Below, in pieces: positions 1 through 9,311 of a stretch of DNA of 64,000 nucleotides. Below the pieces are notes generated by a model. The model worked only from the letters and a program-made list of their open reading frames with translations. It had not been told where the DNA came from and did not search any database. The position numbers and the translations under genes were made by a program. The stretch covers positions 96,001 through 160,000 of the forward strand of contig JACQIB010000005.1 in the NCBI GenBank assembly GCA_016198755.1, given 5' to 3'. The DNA comes from Candidatus Aenigmatarchaeota archaeon (GTDB lineage Archaea > Aenigmatarchaeota > Aenigmatarchaeia > Aenigmatarchaeales > JACQIB01). Numbering within the stretch: position 1 is the stretch's first letter; every line of letters starts with the position of its first letter.

Positions 1-1
1 G

Positions 2-1720
2 CATCACATTTATTGCTCTTTCAGCATCCTGAACTTCAACTGTTGGAGATAGCCTTATTTTAGCTGAAGCTTCTGAAAGCCTGATTAATGCTTCGTTCTG
101 CCTGAGTGTTATTGCTACTGTGTTTGAGCCTGAGTATAGACTTCTCATTGTCAGATAAAACTGCTTTAACCTCTCAGCTGCTTCGCGTGTCATTATTGGA
201 TGGGCATTTTTCCTGCAATAAGCTATGTATTTTCTCAAAAACTCTGGCTTGATTAGAGGTTCTACTTTTTCTGGTGCAAGCCTTGTTTCCAGAATATGCG
301 CAGCTAACTTTTCATCCTTTACTGGATCTGGAATATCTCTCAGGGCAAACTTTAGGTCAAACCTGCTTAACAGAGTATCTGGTATTGTTAATTGTTCAGC
401 TATAGATTTGTATGGATCAAATCTGGAAAATTTTGGATTTGCACCAGCCAATACAGAAACCTGAGCTGGGAGCGTTGCAACTATAGAGGCTTTTGCTATG
501 CTCACAGTCTGCTGTTCTAAAGCCTCGTGCATAGCAACCTGATCCTCAACTGAAATTTTGTCAAACTCATCTATTGCCATTATTCCCTTATTTGCCAGAA
601 CCATTGCGCCTGCTTCCAGCACCCAGCCTCCCATTAACTCCTCATCTTTGACTACAGTCGCGGTCAGACCAGCGCCAGTTGCACCCCTTCCTGAAACATA
701 CTTGCCGCGCGGGATTATTGAGGAAGTGAGCTTTAGCAATTGGGATTTTGCCACTCCCGGATCTCCTAAAAGCAAAACGTGAATATCGCCCCTGATTTTT
801 GTACCATCAGGGAACTTATGCCTGACACCCCCGAAAAGTTGCAATATTATAGCATCCTTAATCTCACCCAGACCGTATATCGAGGGAGCAAGAGACTCGC
901 GCAGCTTTTTATAAATCTCCGGATCTGCTGCAAACTCCATTATCTTTTCCTCATCCTGAGCTGTTGTGTTTACCTCTTCCCACTCTACATCAGTTGATTC
1001 AATGGAATTTGTTTCTATGAACATCTCCATTTGAGTTTTCATTCTTCCCTTTATCATCCTATGCAGCTCTTTTACAATCCCTACAATCTTCAGCCTGTTG
1101 CCAGGGTCTGTTTTCCTCTGCATATCAGGAGTTGTCAGATCCTCTTTCATGGAAATATTTACTTCACCTGGCCTTTCCCCGCTTGCTGTTTCATAAGGCT
1201 CCTCCAAAGTTATAACACGGGAATCATACAGCTTCCTGTCCACCATATCAAACCTTGCTTTTATTCCGCATTCAGGACAGGCTACTGGGCCGTTTAACAT
1301 CCTTTCCTTCTGCTCAACACCAAATTTTGCAGTACATTCAGGGCACTGGAAAATAGCTATTGAAATTTCCGGCCTGACCTCAGAAGCTCTCCTTACTGTA
1401 CCTTCTACAGCAATAAATTTCCCTATATGTTCTGAACGTAAGCTGCGTATCCTTATTGTTGCTGATTCCGGCAAATTAATGAACCTGACTTTAAACCCTT
1501 CTGTTCCTTCAGGAACATCAAGCTCGCGCAGGGCAAAGTTTACAATGGGCAGGAGCCTTTCTGGTTCGTTTAAAAGCTTGTCAGCCAGTTCAGGATCAAA
1601 TTTATCCAGATTTGAAAAATCAACTGCAATAGATTTTTTTCCTTCCCTTGTAGCTGTCAGTAAATCCTGCTCATAAAACTGCCTTAAAAATTCCTCAAAT
1701 CTTTCCTGTTCATTATCCAT
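2..1720 (-). CDS. mcm: MCM replicative helicase (3' end runs off the window start)
   Basis: Not in the ORF track. Manual translation from ATG at 1720 gives MDNEQERFEEFL..., zinc finger FQCPEC, Walker A GDIHVLLLGDPGVAKSQLL, Walker B IDEFDK, arginine finger LLSRFDL, and ITLRQNEALIRLSEA. Confidence 0.95.
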   Translation of the reverse strand, partial: MDNEQERFEEFLRQFYEQDLLTATREGKKSIAVDFSNLDKFDPELADKLLNEPERLLPIVNFALRELDVPEGTEGFKVRFINLPESATIRIRSLRSEHIGKFIAVEGTVRRASEVRPEISIAIFQCPECTAKFGVEQKERMLNGPVACPECGIKARFDMVDRKLYDSRVITLEEPYETASGERPGEVNISMKEDLTTPDMQRKTDPGNRLKIVGIVKELHRMIKGRMKTQMEMFIETNSIESTDVEWEEVNTTAQDEEKIMEFAADPEIYKKLRESLAPSIYGLGEIKDAIILQLFGGVRHKFPDGTKIRGDIHVLLLGDPGVAKSQLLKLTSSIIPRGKYVSGRGATGAGLTATVVKDEELMGGWVLEAGAMVLANKGIMAIDEFDKISVEDQVAMHEALEQQTVSIAKASIVATLPAQVSVLAGANPKFSRFDPYKSIAEQLTIPDTLLSRFDLKFALRDIPDPVKDEKLAAHILETRLAPEKVEPLIKPEFLRKYIAYCRKNAHPIMTREAAERLKQFYLTMRSLYSGSNTVAITLRQNEALIRLSEASAKIRLSPTVEVQDAERAINVM

Positions 1721-1917
1721 TTTCCCACCCAAAAAGAGTTGGAGAGAATAGAATTTCCAAAGGTTAAATAGCTGAATGGAACTGAGAAAAAGTGAATCCA
1801 TGGGAAATTTTTTCTTTAACCTAAGCTTCCAGTGGGCAGGTAAACTGCTCAACAGAAAAGTTCTTAAACCTACCTACGGGAAAGAAAGTATTAATTCTAG
1901 ATTTGAGAATTTATTCC

Positions 1918-2325
1918 ATGGCTGTGGGGGCTGCAGAAGGGGTAAGAGAGGTGGTGGATGTTGATTTTTTAGCTGTTGCTATAGAACAACCAGTACTATT
2001 GGCTCTTATGCTAGATCTTAATGGCCGGAGACCGATGGATAGGGGTGCTTATGGAACTGCTTTCACATCAAGATACAACAAAGAGCATCAACCCCCTACT
2101 ACACAACAATACGTGGATGGTGTAATAGGAATTCTGGTTGAGAGAGGTATTGTTGGAACAACTCCAACAATTGATGGAGAAGATGTTTATGTCAATAAAG
2201 GACAACAGGCTCTGTTCGCTGTGCTTGGAAAATACAAAGTTGAAAGTGGTTGTGTTATTACAAAACCCAATGGACATTCAACACCGAGAAGCCAGCTACC
2301 TATTTTTGAACAAAAACAAACTTAG
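1918..2325 (+). CDS. hypothetical protein (ORFan)
   Basis: Open ORF from ATG 1918 (MAVGAAEG...); no recognisable motif; stop codon lies inside the repeat at 2315-2378. Confidence 0.6.
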   Translation: MAVGAAEGVREVVDVDFLAVAIEQPVLLALMLDLNGRRPMDRGAYGTAFTSRYNKEHQPPTTQQYVDGVIGILVERGIVGTTPTIDGEDVYVNKGQQALFAVLGKYKVESGCVITKPNGHSTPRSQLPIFEQKQT

Positions 2326-2378
2326 CTCTGTATTATTTTTTTATTAAGATTCTTCAGCCTCTTATCTACCTTTACAAC
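2315..2378. repeat. direct repeat copy 1 of the tbp 3' end and downstream sequence
   Basis: AACAAACTTAGCTCTGTATTATTTTTTTATTAAGATTCTTCAGCCTCTTATCTACCTTTACAAC matches 2989-3051 with one substitution and one extra T. Confidence 0.95.
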
Positions 2379-2394
2379 GACCCGTCTTATATGC

Positions 2395-2661
2395 TTAATT
2401 CCTTCTGAGCTTTTTGTATACTACGCTCCTATGATCTACTAACCTAACAAATATTTCCCTTTTTGATTCCTCTATATCCAATATAACCCTATAGTCACCA
2501 ACCCTTAGCTTATACCCGTTGTCTCCGGCTAAACGGGAAACGAAGATATGTGGGCTTTCTTTTAGAGACTCTATTTTAAGAAATATTCTTCTCGCAAGAA
2601 TATGCTCCAATTTTCTCATTTGTTCCAGAGATTTCGGATCCCACAATATTTTATATGCCAC
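2395..2661 (-). CDS. relE: RelE/ParE-family type II toxin
   Basis: 88 aa with YKLRVGDYRVILDI...VDHRSVVYK RelE signature. Confidence 0.9.
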   Translation of the reverse strand: MAYKILWDPKSLEQMRKLEHILARRIFLKIESLKESPHIFVSRLAGDNGYKLRVGDYRVILDIEESKREIFVRLVDHRSVVYKKLRRN

Positions 2662-2683
2662 AAGAATATTGCTGTCCGCTCCC

Positions 2684-2881
2684 TTATAAGAATTCCCTTC
2701 TGACAGCTTCGTGTTCTGTAAATTCGCTCTTCTCTCTCCTTCTGGACTCCGCTAATAGCCTTTTGGCGTGGCCTGACAACTCTATTTCATCTTCTATTAC
2801 CATTCTAAGCTCCTCAACATTCTCCTTTAACGACAGTATATCCTTGTGCATGTGCTCTAAAGATAGCTGTTGGGTTTTCAT
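2684..2881 (-). CDS. putative antitoxin of the RelE module
   Basis: 65 aa acidic/helical protein (MKTQQLSLEH...EFTEHEAVRREFL) directly upstream of relE on the same strand. Confidence 0.7.
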   Translation of the reverse strand: MKTQQLSLEHMHKDILSLKENVEELRMVIEDEIELSGHAKRLLAESRRREKSEFTEHEAVRREFL

Positions 2882-2925
2882 AATAAAGAGTTGTTTTTTA
2901 TAACTTATAAGGCTTTGCCTGTTCA

Positions 2926-2968
2926 AAGGTTCTTCGGCCTTTTATCTACCTTTACAACAGCGCGCTCA
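2926..2968. repeat. direct repeat copy 2 (partial) of the tbp 3' coding end
   Basis: AAGGTTCTTCGGCCTTTTATCTACCTTTACAACAGCGCGCTCA matches 3019-3061 with 3 mismatches. Confidence 0.9.
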
Positions 2969-2988
2969 GATACCCGCATTTTAACAAG

Positions 2989-3061
2989 AACAAACTTAGC
3001 TCTGTATTATTTTTTATTAAGGTTCTTCAGCCTCTTATCTACCTTTACAACAGCGCGTTCA
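2989..3061. repeat. direct repeat copy 3 (the native tbp 3' end)
   Basis: Template for copies 1 and 2; contains the tbp stop codon at 3007-3009. Confidence 0.9.
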
Positions 3062-3549
3062 ACATCGGCTATGCTTCTGCCTCCAGTGCAAATAACTTTT
3101 CCTGAACCAAACAACAAAAAGGTCACTTTAGGATCGTCCATTCTGTAAACCAATCCTGGGAATTGTTCAGGCTCGTATTCTGTGTTTTCTAAAGTGAAAG
3201 CAATATCATCTAAATTTAATTCCCCTTCAATTTTTGCAGAAGCAACAATATTTTCCAGCCTTACAGTATAGTTGGAAGGTATCCTTATGCCAAGTTTTCT
3301 CATTTTTCCAACTATTTTAGCTATGACTTCCTTTGATTCCTTTGGACTTTTTGCACCTGTACATACAATCTTTCCTGAAGAAAAAATCAAAGCTGCTGCT
3401 TTCGGCTCTTTCATTCTCAAAACCACTCCAGGAAACTGTTCAGGCTCGTACTCTATCCCTTCCAGTCCAGCCACAACCTTTTCAAGCTTTACTTCAGTAT
3501 TCAAGTTAGCAGAAGCCACAACGTTCTCAATTTTTATTCTATAGGCCAT
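3007..3549 (-). CDS. tbp: TATA-box binding protein
   Basis: Two repeats of ENVVAS...YEPEQFPG...LIFSSGKIVCTG; start set at MAYRIKIE (3549). Confidence 0.97.
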   Translation of the reverse strand: MAYRIKIENVVASANLNTEVKLEKVVAGLEGIEYEPEQFPGVVLRMKEPKAAALIFSSGKIVCTGAKSPKESKEVIAKIVGKMRKLGIRIPSNYTVRLENIVASAKIEGELNLDDIAFTLENTEYEPEQFPGLVYRMDDPKVTFLLFGSGKVICTGGRSIADVERAVVKVDKRLKNLNKK

Positions 3550-3634
3550 TTTAGAACCCCTTTCAAGCTTAGGGTATTTATAAAGGAGGGGGTATTTAAA
3601 TACCTTTTTAAAGGCCTGCAGCGCAGGTTTTCGA

Positions 3635-4321
3635 ATGAAATGCGCAGCTTTGTTTTCGGGAGGAAAGGACAGCACACGGGCAATTTACTTGGCACAGAAA
3701 GCTGGGCACGATGTGGTTGTTTTGTTAACAGTTTTCAGTCAAAACGAGGAAAGCTATATGTTCCATACATGCAACATTGAGCTGAGCAAATTGCAAGCTC
3801 AGGCTATGAAACTGCCGCAGCTTGTTGCAGAAACTGAGGGAAAAAAGGAGGAAGAACTGGAGGATTTGGAAAAACTAATTGCAGAAGCCAAAAATAAGTT
3901 TGGTATAGAGGGTGTAGTTTGCGGGGGTTTGGCTTCTGTTTACCAAGGGAGCAGGATTGAAAAGATTTGCAAGGGATTGAAACTGGAAATGTTAGCTCCT
4001 TTGTGGTGTATCCCTGCTGAGGAACACTTGAAAGGATTATTGAGAGAAGGGTTTAAGGTTATTTTTACTGGAGTTTTTGCTGATGGGTTGGGAAAAGAGT
4101 GGTTAGGAAGGGAACTGGATGAGAAAGCTGTGCAGGAGCTTTTGGAACTGGAAAAAAAGAAGGGAGTTAGCCCAGTTGGGGAGGGGGGAGAATTTGAGTC
4201 TGCTGTTCTGGATTGCCCTCTTTTTAAAGGGAAAATAAAAATTGTTGAATCTGAACCCAAATGGGAAGGTTTATCTGGAAAATTACTGATTAAGAAAACA
4301 TATCTTATTTCTAAGCCTTAA
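3635..4321 (+). CDS. diphthine--ammonia ligase (Dph6-like PP-loop ATPase)
   Basis: FSGGKDS PP-loop, SYMFH, GEGGEFES motifs. Confidence 0.85.
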   Translation: MKCAALFSGGKDSTRAIYLAQKAGHDVVVLLTVFSQNEESYMFHTCNIELSKLQAQAMKLPQLVAETEGKKEEELEDLEKLIAEAKNKFGIEGVVCGGLASVYQGSRIEKICKGLKLEMLAPLWCIPAEEHLKGLLREGFKVIFTGVFADGLGKEWLGRELDEKAVQELLELEKKKGVSPVGEGGEFESAVLDCPLFKGKIKIVESEPKWEGLSGKLLIKKTYLISKP

Positions 4322-5345
4322 GACTTCCGTTTGCATAGTAAGGATAGAGTTTAGGGTCCCATCTAACGCTCCCCGGATAACATACATCAGCTGTCTCAAC
4401 CGTGGCCATTATTGTTTGTACATGGATTATTGAACGGTGGTTTTCAGAAATCTTTCCGGCTTCATTCTCCCTTCTCAGCTCCTCATCCTCAAGCTCCCTT
4501 ATTTCAGCTGATTGTCTACCTCTTGCTGCAGCCAGAGTTTCGAAGTATCTGTTATTAGCCTGCCTGTTCCTCCTTCCATACCACCAGATTTTCACTGGAC
4601 CTGATAGGACAAATGTGGCTGCTGAAGAAAGGAATGGAACCAATACTTTAACCACTTCTGCATCTGGCATTCCAGCAAACAAGCCAATACCCAATGCCCC
4701 TGCTGTTGCAAGATTCTTTACTTGTCCCTTTAGCTCTCCAACCTCTATTTTAGTTTTCTGTATATTATCTATTTCAATCTTCCATCTATTTTCCATTGCT
4801 GTAATATCATCTTCATAATCCCTTTCAACTCTTCTTACTCTCTCTGTATATGTGGTTTCTATATCTGCAAGCTCAGCCCTGAGCCTGCCCCTCGCAGAAG
4901 CCAGCCTTGCCCCAGCATTTCTTGCATGGGTTACATATGTGGTCATATACCTGACATTCAACAAATCTATATCATCCACTGTATCATCTGTAACTTTTCC
5001 AGCAAGCTTTTCCAGCCAATCAACTTCATTTTTAGCTTGCTCTATTCTGGCAGGTCTGGTTTTCCCGTCAGCTTTTTCATCCAAAAGCGTTGCATAATGG
5101 TTTGAATAATCTACAACCTCAAATGGTCCGGGAACAGGATCTCTTGGAAAATACTTCAAATCAACCTGTATTCCAAACCTTTCCGCAAACAAATGTTGCC
5201 AGCTTGCATACCTGTTAAGATTCAGGTCTTCAAGCCTGTATAGGTCTGTTGGAGAAACGCTTAGTGGAGCCACATGCCTTGGCCTAACACTGTTATCTGT
5301 TACCCTCCTTCCAGCTGTACCGCCAGCTAACATTGTTCCTATCAT
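4311..5345 (-). CDS. hypothetical protein with coiled coils flanking a hydrophobic hairpin
   Basis: 344 aa ORF; charged helical segments either side of ATAGALGIGLFAG...VLVPFLSSAATFVLSG; no N-terminal signal peptide. Confidence 0.7.
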   Translation of the reverse strand: MIGTMLAGGTAGRRVTDNSVRPRHVAPLSVSPTDLYRLEDLNLNRYASWQHLFAERFGIQVDLKYFPRDPVPGPFEVVDYSNHYATLLDEKADGKTRPARIEQAKNEVDWLEKLAGKVTDDTVDDIDLLNVRYMTTYVTHARNAGARLASARGRLRAELADIETTYTERVRRVERDYEDDITAMENRWKIEIDNIQKTKIEVGELKGQVKNLATAGALGIGLFAGMPDAEVVKVLVPFLSSAATFVLSGPVKIWWYGRRNRQANNRYFETLAAARGRQSAEIRELEDEELRRENEAGKISENHRSIIHVQTIMATVETADVCYPGSVRWDPKLYPYYANGSLKA

Positions 5346-5378
5346 AATAGGGCTTGGATAGAAATCTTTTTATACCCA

Positions 5379-6161
5379 TTATAAGAGGGCATCCTTTAGT
5401 GCCGTACTGCACTCACAGGAACGCTCAGCAGGCAGGGCTTCTATTGCTGAAAACAGGAGTTTGCGTGCATTTTCAACATTTGCAGACATTGTTTTTAAAA
5501 TCTCCTGTATGCTTACATGAGAATCCTTCCAGCAGTCATAATCTGTTACAAGAGAAATGTTTGAATAGCATATTTCTGCTTCTCTTGCTAAAACAGCCTC
5601 AGGAACCAGAGTCATGCCAACCACATCAACCCCCCATTTCCTGAACAAATTGCTCTCAGCTTTAGTTGAAAAGCGGGGACCCTGAATGCAGATGTAGGTT
5701 CCTGCTGGCTTTATTGGCAGATTTAATTTTTGGCCGGCAGCTATAATAAGGGAGCGAAGCTGGGGACAAAAAGGCTCTGCAACAGAGATATGGCAGGTTT
5801 TGCTGCCTTCATAAAAGCTGGAAGAGCGGCCCGCGGTGCGGTCAATAAACTGGTCCAGCAAAACAATGTCTCCGGGCTTTAGCTCTTCCTTTAAGCTTCC
5901 GCAGGAACTGGCTGCAAGTATCCTTTTTATTCCCAACTCTTTTAAGGCCCAGATATTTGCCCTGTAATTAACTAAGTGCGCAGGATACTGGTGTCCTCTC
6001 CCATGCCTTGATAAGAAAGCAATTTTCATACCATTAAAAGTTCCTATAATAATATTGTCTGAAGGCTTCCCATATGGGGTGTGTACTTTTACCTCCTCTA
6101 TATTCTTCAGCTCTTCCGCGCTGTAAAGTCCCGAACCCCCGATAATTGCTATCTCAGGCAT
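5379..6161 (-). CDS. mtnP: S-methyl-5'-thioadenosine phosphorylase
   Basis: IAIIGGSG, TPYGKPS, LSRHG, GPRFSTKAES, GMTLVPE, VTDYDCW; start set at MPEIAII. Confidence 0.92.
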   Translation of the reverse strand: MPEIAIIGGSGLYSAEELKNIEEVKVHTPYGKPSDNIIIGTFNGMKIAFLSRHGRGHQYPAHLVNYRANIWALKELGIKRILAASSCGSLKEELKPGDIVLLDQFIDRTAGRSSSFYEGSKTCHISVAEPFCPQLRSLIIAAGQKLNLPIKPAGTYICIQGPRFSTKAESNLFRKWGVDVVGMTLVPEAVLAREAEICYSNISLVTDYDCWKDSHVSIQEILKTMSANVENARKLLFSAIEALPAERSCECSTALKDALL

Positions 6162-6204
6162 AGGGTATTTATGTGAATAGACAAAAATATAAACCTGTGA
6201 TAAA

Positions 6205-6660
6205 ATGACAATAGACAAGCCTTTATACGAGCTCAAGCCCAGCAGGATATCTTTTGTTACAAATTACTTTCTTTCTGCTGTTCTTGTTAGTATTGTTGGA
6301 GCTGTAAAAGCCCTTGGATTGTACATAAATGAAGTTGGAATTGCTGCTGCGGGGGGATTGGTTTTAATTCTTTTGGTTATTCCTGAAATTGCAAGGGTTA
6401 GGCATCTGTATAAAATTACACCTTCGCAGGTTGTTCAGGAAGTGGGAATTTTAAAAAAGCAGAGGGATAGCATTTTTCTCAATAATATTGCAGATTTGAA
6501 TTCTGACCAGAACTTTTCCCAGAGGTTGCTTATGTTTGGGGATATAAAGATTGGATCTTCCTCTGGGGCTGAGAAGATTGTTTTAAAGGGCATTAGAAAC
6601 CCAAGGGAAATTGTTATAGAGCTTGAAAGGCTAATGCACGAATACGGGAAAGATAAGTAG
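6205..6660 (+). CDS. membrane protein with bacterial PH (YdbS-like) domain
   Basis: Two N-terminal TM helices followed by YKIT...GIL...QRLLMFGDIKI pattern. Confidence 0.7.
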   Translation: MTIDKPLYELKPSRISFVTNYFLSAVLVSIVGAVKALGLYINEVGIAAAGGLVLILLVIPEIARVRHLYKITPSQVVQEVGILKKQRDSIFLNNIADLNSDQNFSQRLLMFGDIKIGSSSGAEKIVLKGIRNPREIVIELERLMHEYGKDK

Positions 6661-6661
6661 T

Positions 6662-7657
6662 TTATTCTTCAAGTCTTGGGAGTGAAGATAACTCTTTTTT
6701 CAAAGATTCAATTGTTTCAGAGCTGTTTGGGTTTATTCCCAAATCCAGAGCAAGATAAACGCTTATCAGGTCTGCCATGTACAATAATGAAAAGATTTTA
6801 CAGAGAAGGCTTTCCCCAAGAGCCCAAAGCTCTGTATTGGTTTTAAATGCCAGCCTTTTTGTTAATTCAATTCTCTGCCCAACCCTGTCATCCTCCTGAG
6901 GGTCGCGCAGCAAAACAGCTATTGTTTCCTTCGCTCTCGGATCAACAGGCCATGCCATTATCTCGTTGTGATTCATTTCTGGAAACTCTGACCAATAAGA
7001 AAGTGTTCTGCAATCTTCTTGTAACCTGTTGGAAAACCTGCGGGCTATTGATGTATATGGACCTGCACCGAAAATAATCGGAAACTTCCCTCTCAATAGA
7101 ACTGCAACGCCTTTTGCACCGTTATCCACCGAAACATAACCCAGCTCAGGTTTCATGCTGTTTAACAAATTAACTGTCTCAATTACGTTATTCTCCATAT
7201 CTAAAAACCCTGAAACATGGAGTGTTTTCAGCATTGGGAAAAATAGGGTTGCAACTGCAGCACGCGGCTGGGGTGCTTTTGGAATCTTAATAAAAACTGC
7301 TCCTGAGCTTGCACAGAGTTCTTCCAGCTTTCCTCCAGTCCCAATACCCACAACAATTGCACCGCGCTCGAGTGCTTTTTTAGTTGCTGTTAAAGTTTCT
7401 TCTGTATTTCCTGAATGGGAAACTGAAAAGAAAAGGGTCTCGCTGGAAACAAAGGCTGGTATTGAATAGGAACGGTTTACAAAAACCGGTATCGGGAGAG
7501 TTTCCAGCAATAAGGATTGTAAGATATCCCCGCCTATTGAGCTGGCACCCATGCCGGCAACAACAATATTTTTTGGCTTCTGCACAGTAGGTACAGGCAA
7601 AGACCAGGCTGCATAAATCTGGTTTGGCATCGACAATGTATAGTTTAGGAAATCCAT
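6662..7657 (-). CDS. bifunctional phosphoglucose/phosphomannose isomerase (SIS)
   Basis: AGMGAS, SHSGNTEET, QPRAA, EFPEMNHNEI motifs; start set at MDFLNY, just after the upstream stop. Confidence 0.88.
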   Translation of the reverse strand: MDFLNYTLSMPNQIYAAWSLPVPTVQKPKNIVVAGMGASSIGGDILQSLLLETLPIPVFVNRSYSIPAFVSSETLFFSVSHSGNTEETLTATKKALERGAIVVGIGTGGKLEELCASSGAVFIKIPKAPQPRAAVATLFFPMLKTLHVSGFLDMENNVIETVNLLNSMKPELGYVSVDNGAKGVAVLLRGKFPIIFGAGPYTSIARRFSNRLQEDCRTLSYWSEFPEMNHNEIMAWPVDPRAKETIAVLLRDPQEDDRVGQRIELTKRLAFKTNTELWALGESLLCKIFSLLYMADLISVYLALDLGINPNSSETIESLKKELSSLPRLEE

Positions 7658-7661
7658 ACCT

Positions 7662-8411
7662 TCATTTCCCAAGATTCTTCCCTCTTTCTCCCGTATATTC
7701 ATACTCAGAACTCTCTAATCTTTTTGCAAAGGGCTTCTCTTCTGTCAGCTCCTCAATAACATGAGCTGAAATCCCTGCTGTGCGGGGGATAACAAAAAAG
7801 GCTTTTGCTACCCTCCAATGGAACCCCATTTCAGAAATTATTGCTGCTATTGCTCCGTCTACATTCAAACACAACTTTTTTCCCTGGGATTTTTCAAGTT
7901 CTTTCTCTAGTTCAAGAGCAAAGTTGCAGTAGCTCCCGAAAATCCCAAGTTCTTTTGCAAGCTTGAAAAGTTTATGAGTTCTTGGATCTGTTGTATAAAC
8001 TTTATGTCCATAGCCTGGAAGCCTTTCTTTCTTGGCTGAAAAGGCAGAAACAACATCCCCAGCTGTTTTACCAAGGTTCTCCTGCAGTACCTTGGCACAG
8101 CCTTCACCAGCACCCCCGTGATGTTCTCCTATTGCAAGTATTCCGGCTGCCAAGCCCTGCACAAAACTTCCGGAACCGGAAGCTGCTGTCCTTGCAGACA
8201 TTATTGAAGGAGTTCCTATACTATGTTCAGCAACAGAAACCAAAATTGAATCAACCATTTTCCCTTCCTCAGCTGTTGGAAGCTTTCCCCTCAGCAGTAA
8301 ATAAACCATTTCAGCATAACTTATTTTTCCTACAAGCTCTTCCAGAGAGTAGCCACGAACAGATGTTCCCTCGTCCGTAGAGTCTGAAATTTTCGTTTTC
8401 CACTTTACCAT
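7662..8411 (-). CDS. citryl-CoA lyase (stand-alone citrate-synthase-like module)
   Basis: 249 aa, WKTKIS...VRGY, GEHHGGAGE, LPGYGHK, LNVDGAIAA, PRTAGISAH. Confidence 0.85.
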   Translation of the reverse strand: MVKWKTKISDSTDEGTSVRGYSLEELVGKISYAEMVYLLLRGKLPTAEEGKMVDSILVSVAEHSIGTPSIMSARTAASGSGSFVQGLAAGILAIGEHHGGAGEGCAKVLQENLGKTAGDVVSAFSAKKERLPGYGHKVYTTDPRTHKLFKLAKELGIFGSYCNFALELEKELEKSQGKKLCLNVDGAIAAIISEMGFHWRVAKAFFVIPRTAGISAHVIEELTEEKPFAKRLESSEYEYTGERGKNLGK

Positions 8412-9311
8412 TTAAATCGCCCCCTTTATCAGTTCCCCTAACTTATCATGGGTTTCAGCTATTAAAACACCTGCTTCTCTCAGAGCTTTTATTTTCTCTG
8501 TTGGGCTCCCTCTCCCATTTTCTATCAATGCACCGGCATGCCCAAACTGAGTTCCATGCGGGAGTTTTTCAGCAAAAACACCTGCAATAAAGGCTGCTAT
8601 AGGTTTTGTAAACTCTTTCTTTTTTATTGCTTCAGCAATCTTATCCTCGTAAGTTCCCCCAGGCTCACCGAAAATTACAACGCCCTTTGTTTCAGGATCC
8701 TTCTCAAACATTCTTAACAGATCCACAAAATCTGTTCCCAAAATTACATCCCCGCCTATTCCAATTACTGTGCTCTGTCCTAAGCCAGCAGAGCGCACAA
8801 CCCAGGCTGTTTCATTTGTCATTCCACCACTCTTTGATATTACTCCAATAGGGCCCGGTGTGTAAATTTTATCAGTATCGTCCTTTATCCCTCCCAGAAC
8901 TCCAATCTTGCACTGCTTTGGACTAACTATTCCAATAGAAGAGGGTCCAATAATCCTTGCACCATATATATTCGCATACCTTATCATCTGCACAGTATCC
9001 TGTATTGCAACCCCTTCTGTTATCAGATTTACAAGCTTAATCCCGTTGGAAACAGCTTCTATAACAGCTTCCTTCGCAGCTGCAGGCGGAACATAAACAG
9101 CTGTGCAGTTTATTTCAGGGTGGTTTTTCAAAGCTTCATGTACAGAATTATAAACAGGAACTCCTTCTGTGGTCTGTCCTCCCTTTCCAGGTGTTACCCC
9201 AGCAACAACTTTAGTTCCATATTCGAGCATTGTGCGGAGGGCTACCTGCCCAGTCCTTCCAGTAATGCCTTGTATCAAAACCCTTGTATCTTTGTTTACC
9301 AGAATGCTCAT
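8412..9311 (-). CDS. SucD-like CoA-binding/phosphohistidine subunit (citryl-CoA synthetase / ACL-type)
   Basis: [38 protein letters not shown] (phospho-His). Confidence 0.85.
   Translation of the reverse strand: MSILVNKDTRVLIQGITGRTGQVALRTMLEYGTKVVAGVTPGKGGQTTEGVPVYNSVHEALKNHPEINCTAVYVPPAAAKEAVIEAVSNGIKLVNLITEGVAIQDTVQMIRYANIYGARIIGPSSIGIVSPKQCKIGVLGGIKDDTDKIYTPGPIGVISKSGGMTNETAWVVRSAGLGQSTVIGIGGDVILGTDFVDLLRMFEKDPETKGVVIFGEPGGTYEDKIAEAIKKKEFTKPIAAFIAGVFAEKLPHGTQFGHAGALIENGRGSPTEKIKALREAGVLIAETHDKLGELIKGAI

Noticed and set aside
225-1676. Short plus-strand ORFs in the ORF track
   Set aside because: Antisense shadows of mcm; the same applies to the many Ser/Phe/Pro-rich antisense ORFs across the window.
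2315-3061. CRISPR array
   Set aside because: Repeats are unequal in length, irregularly spaced and derived from tbp coding sequence; no cas genes.
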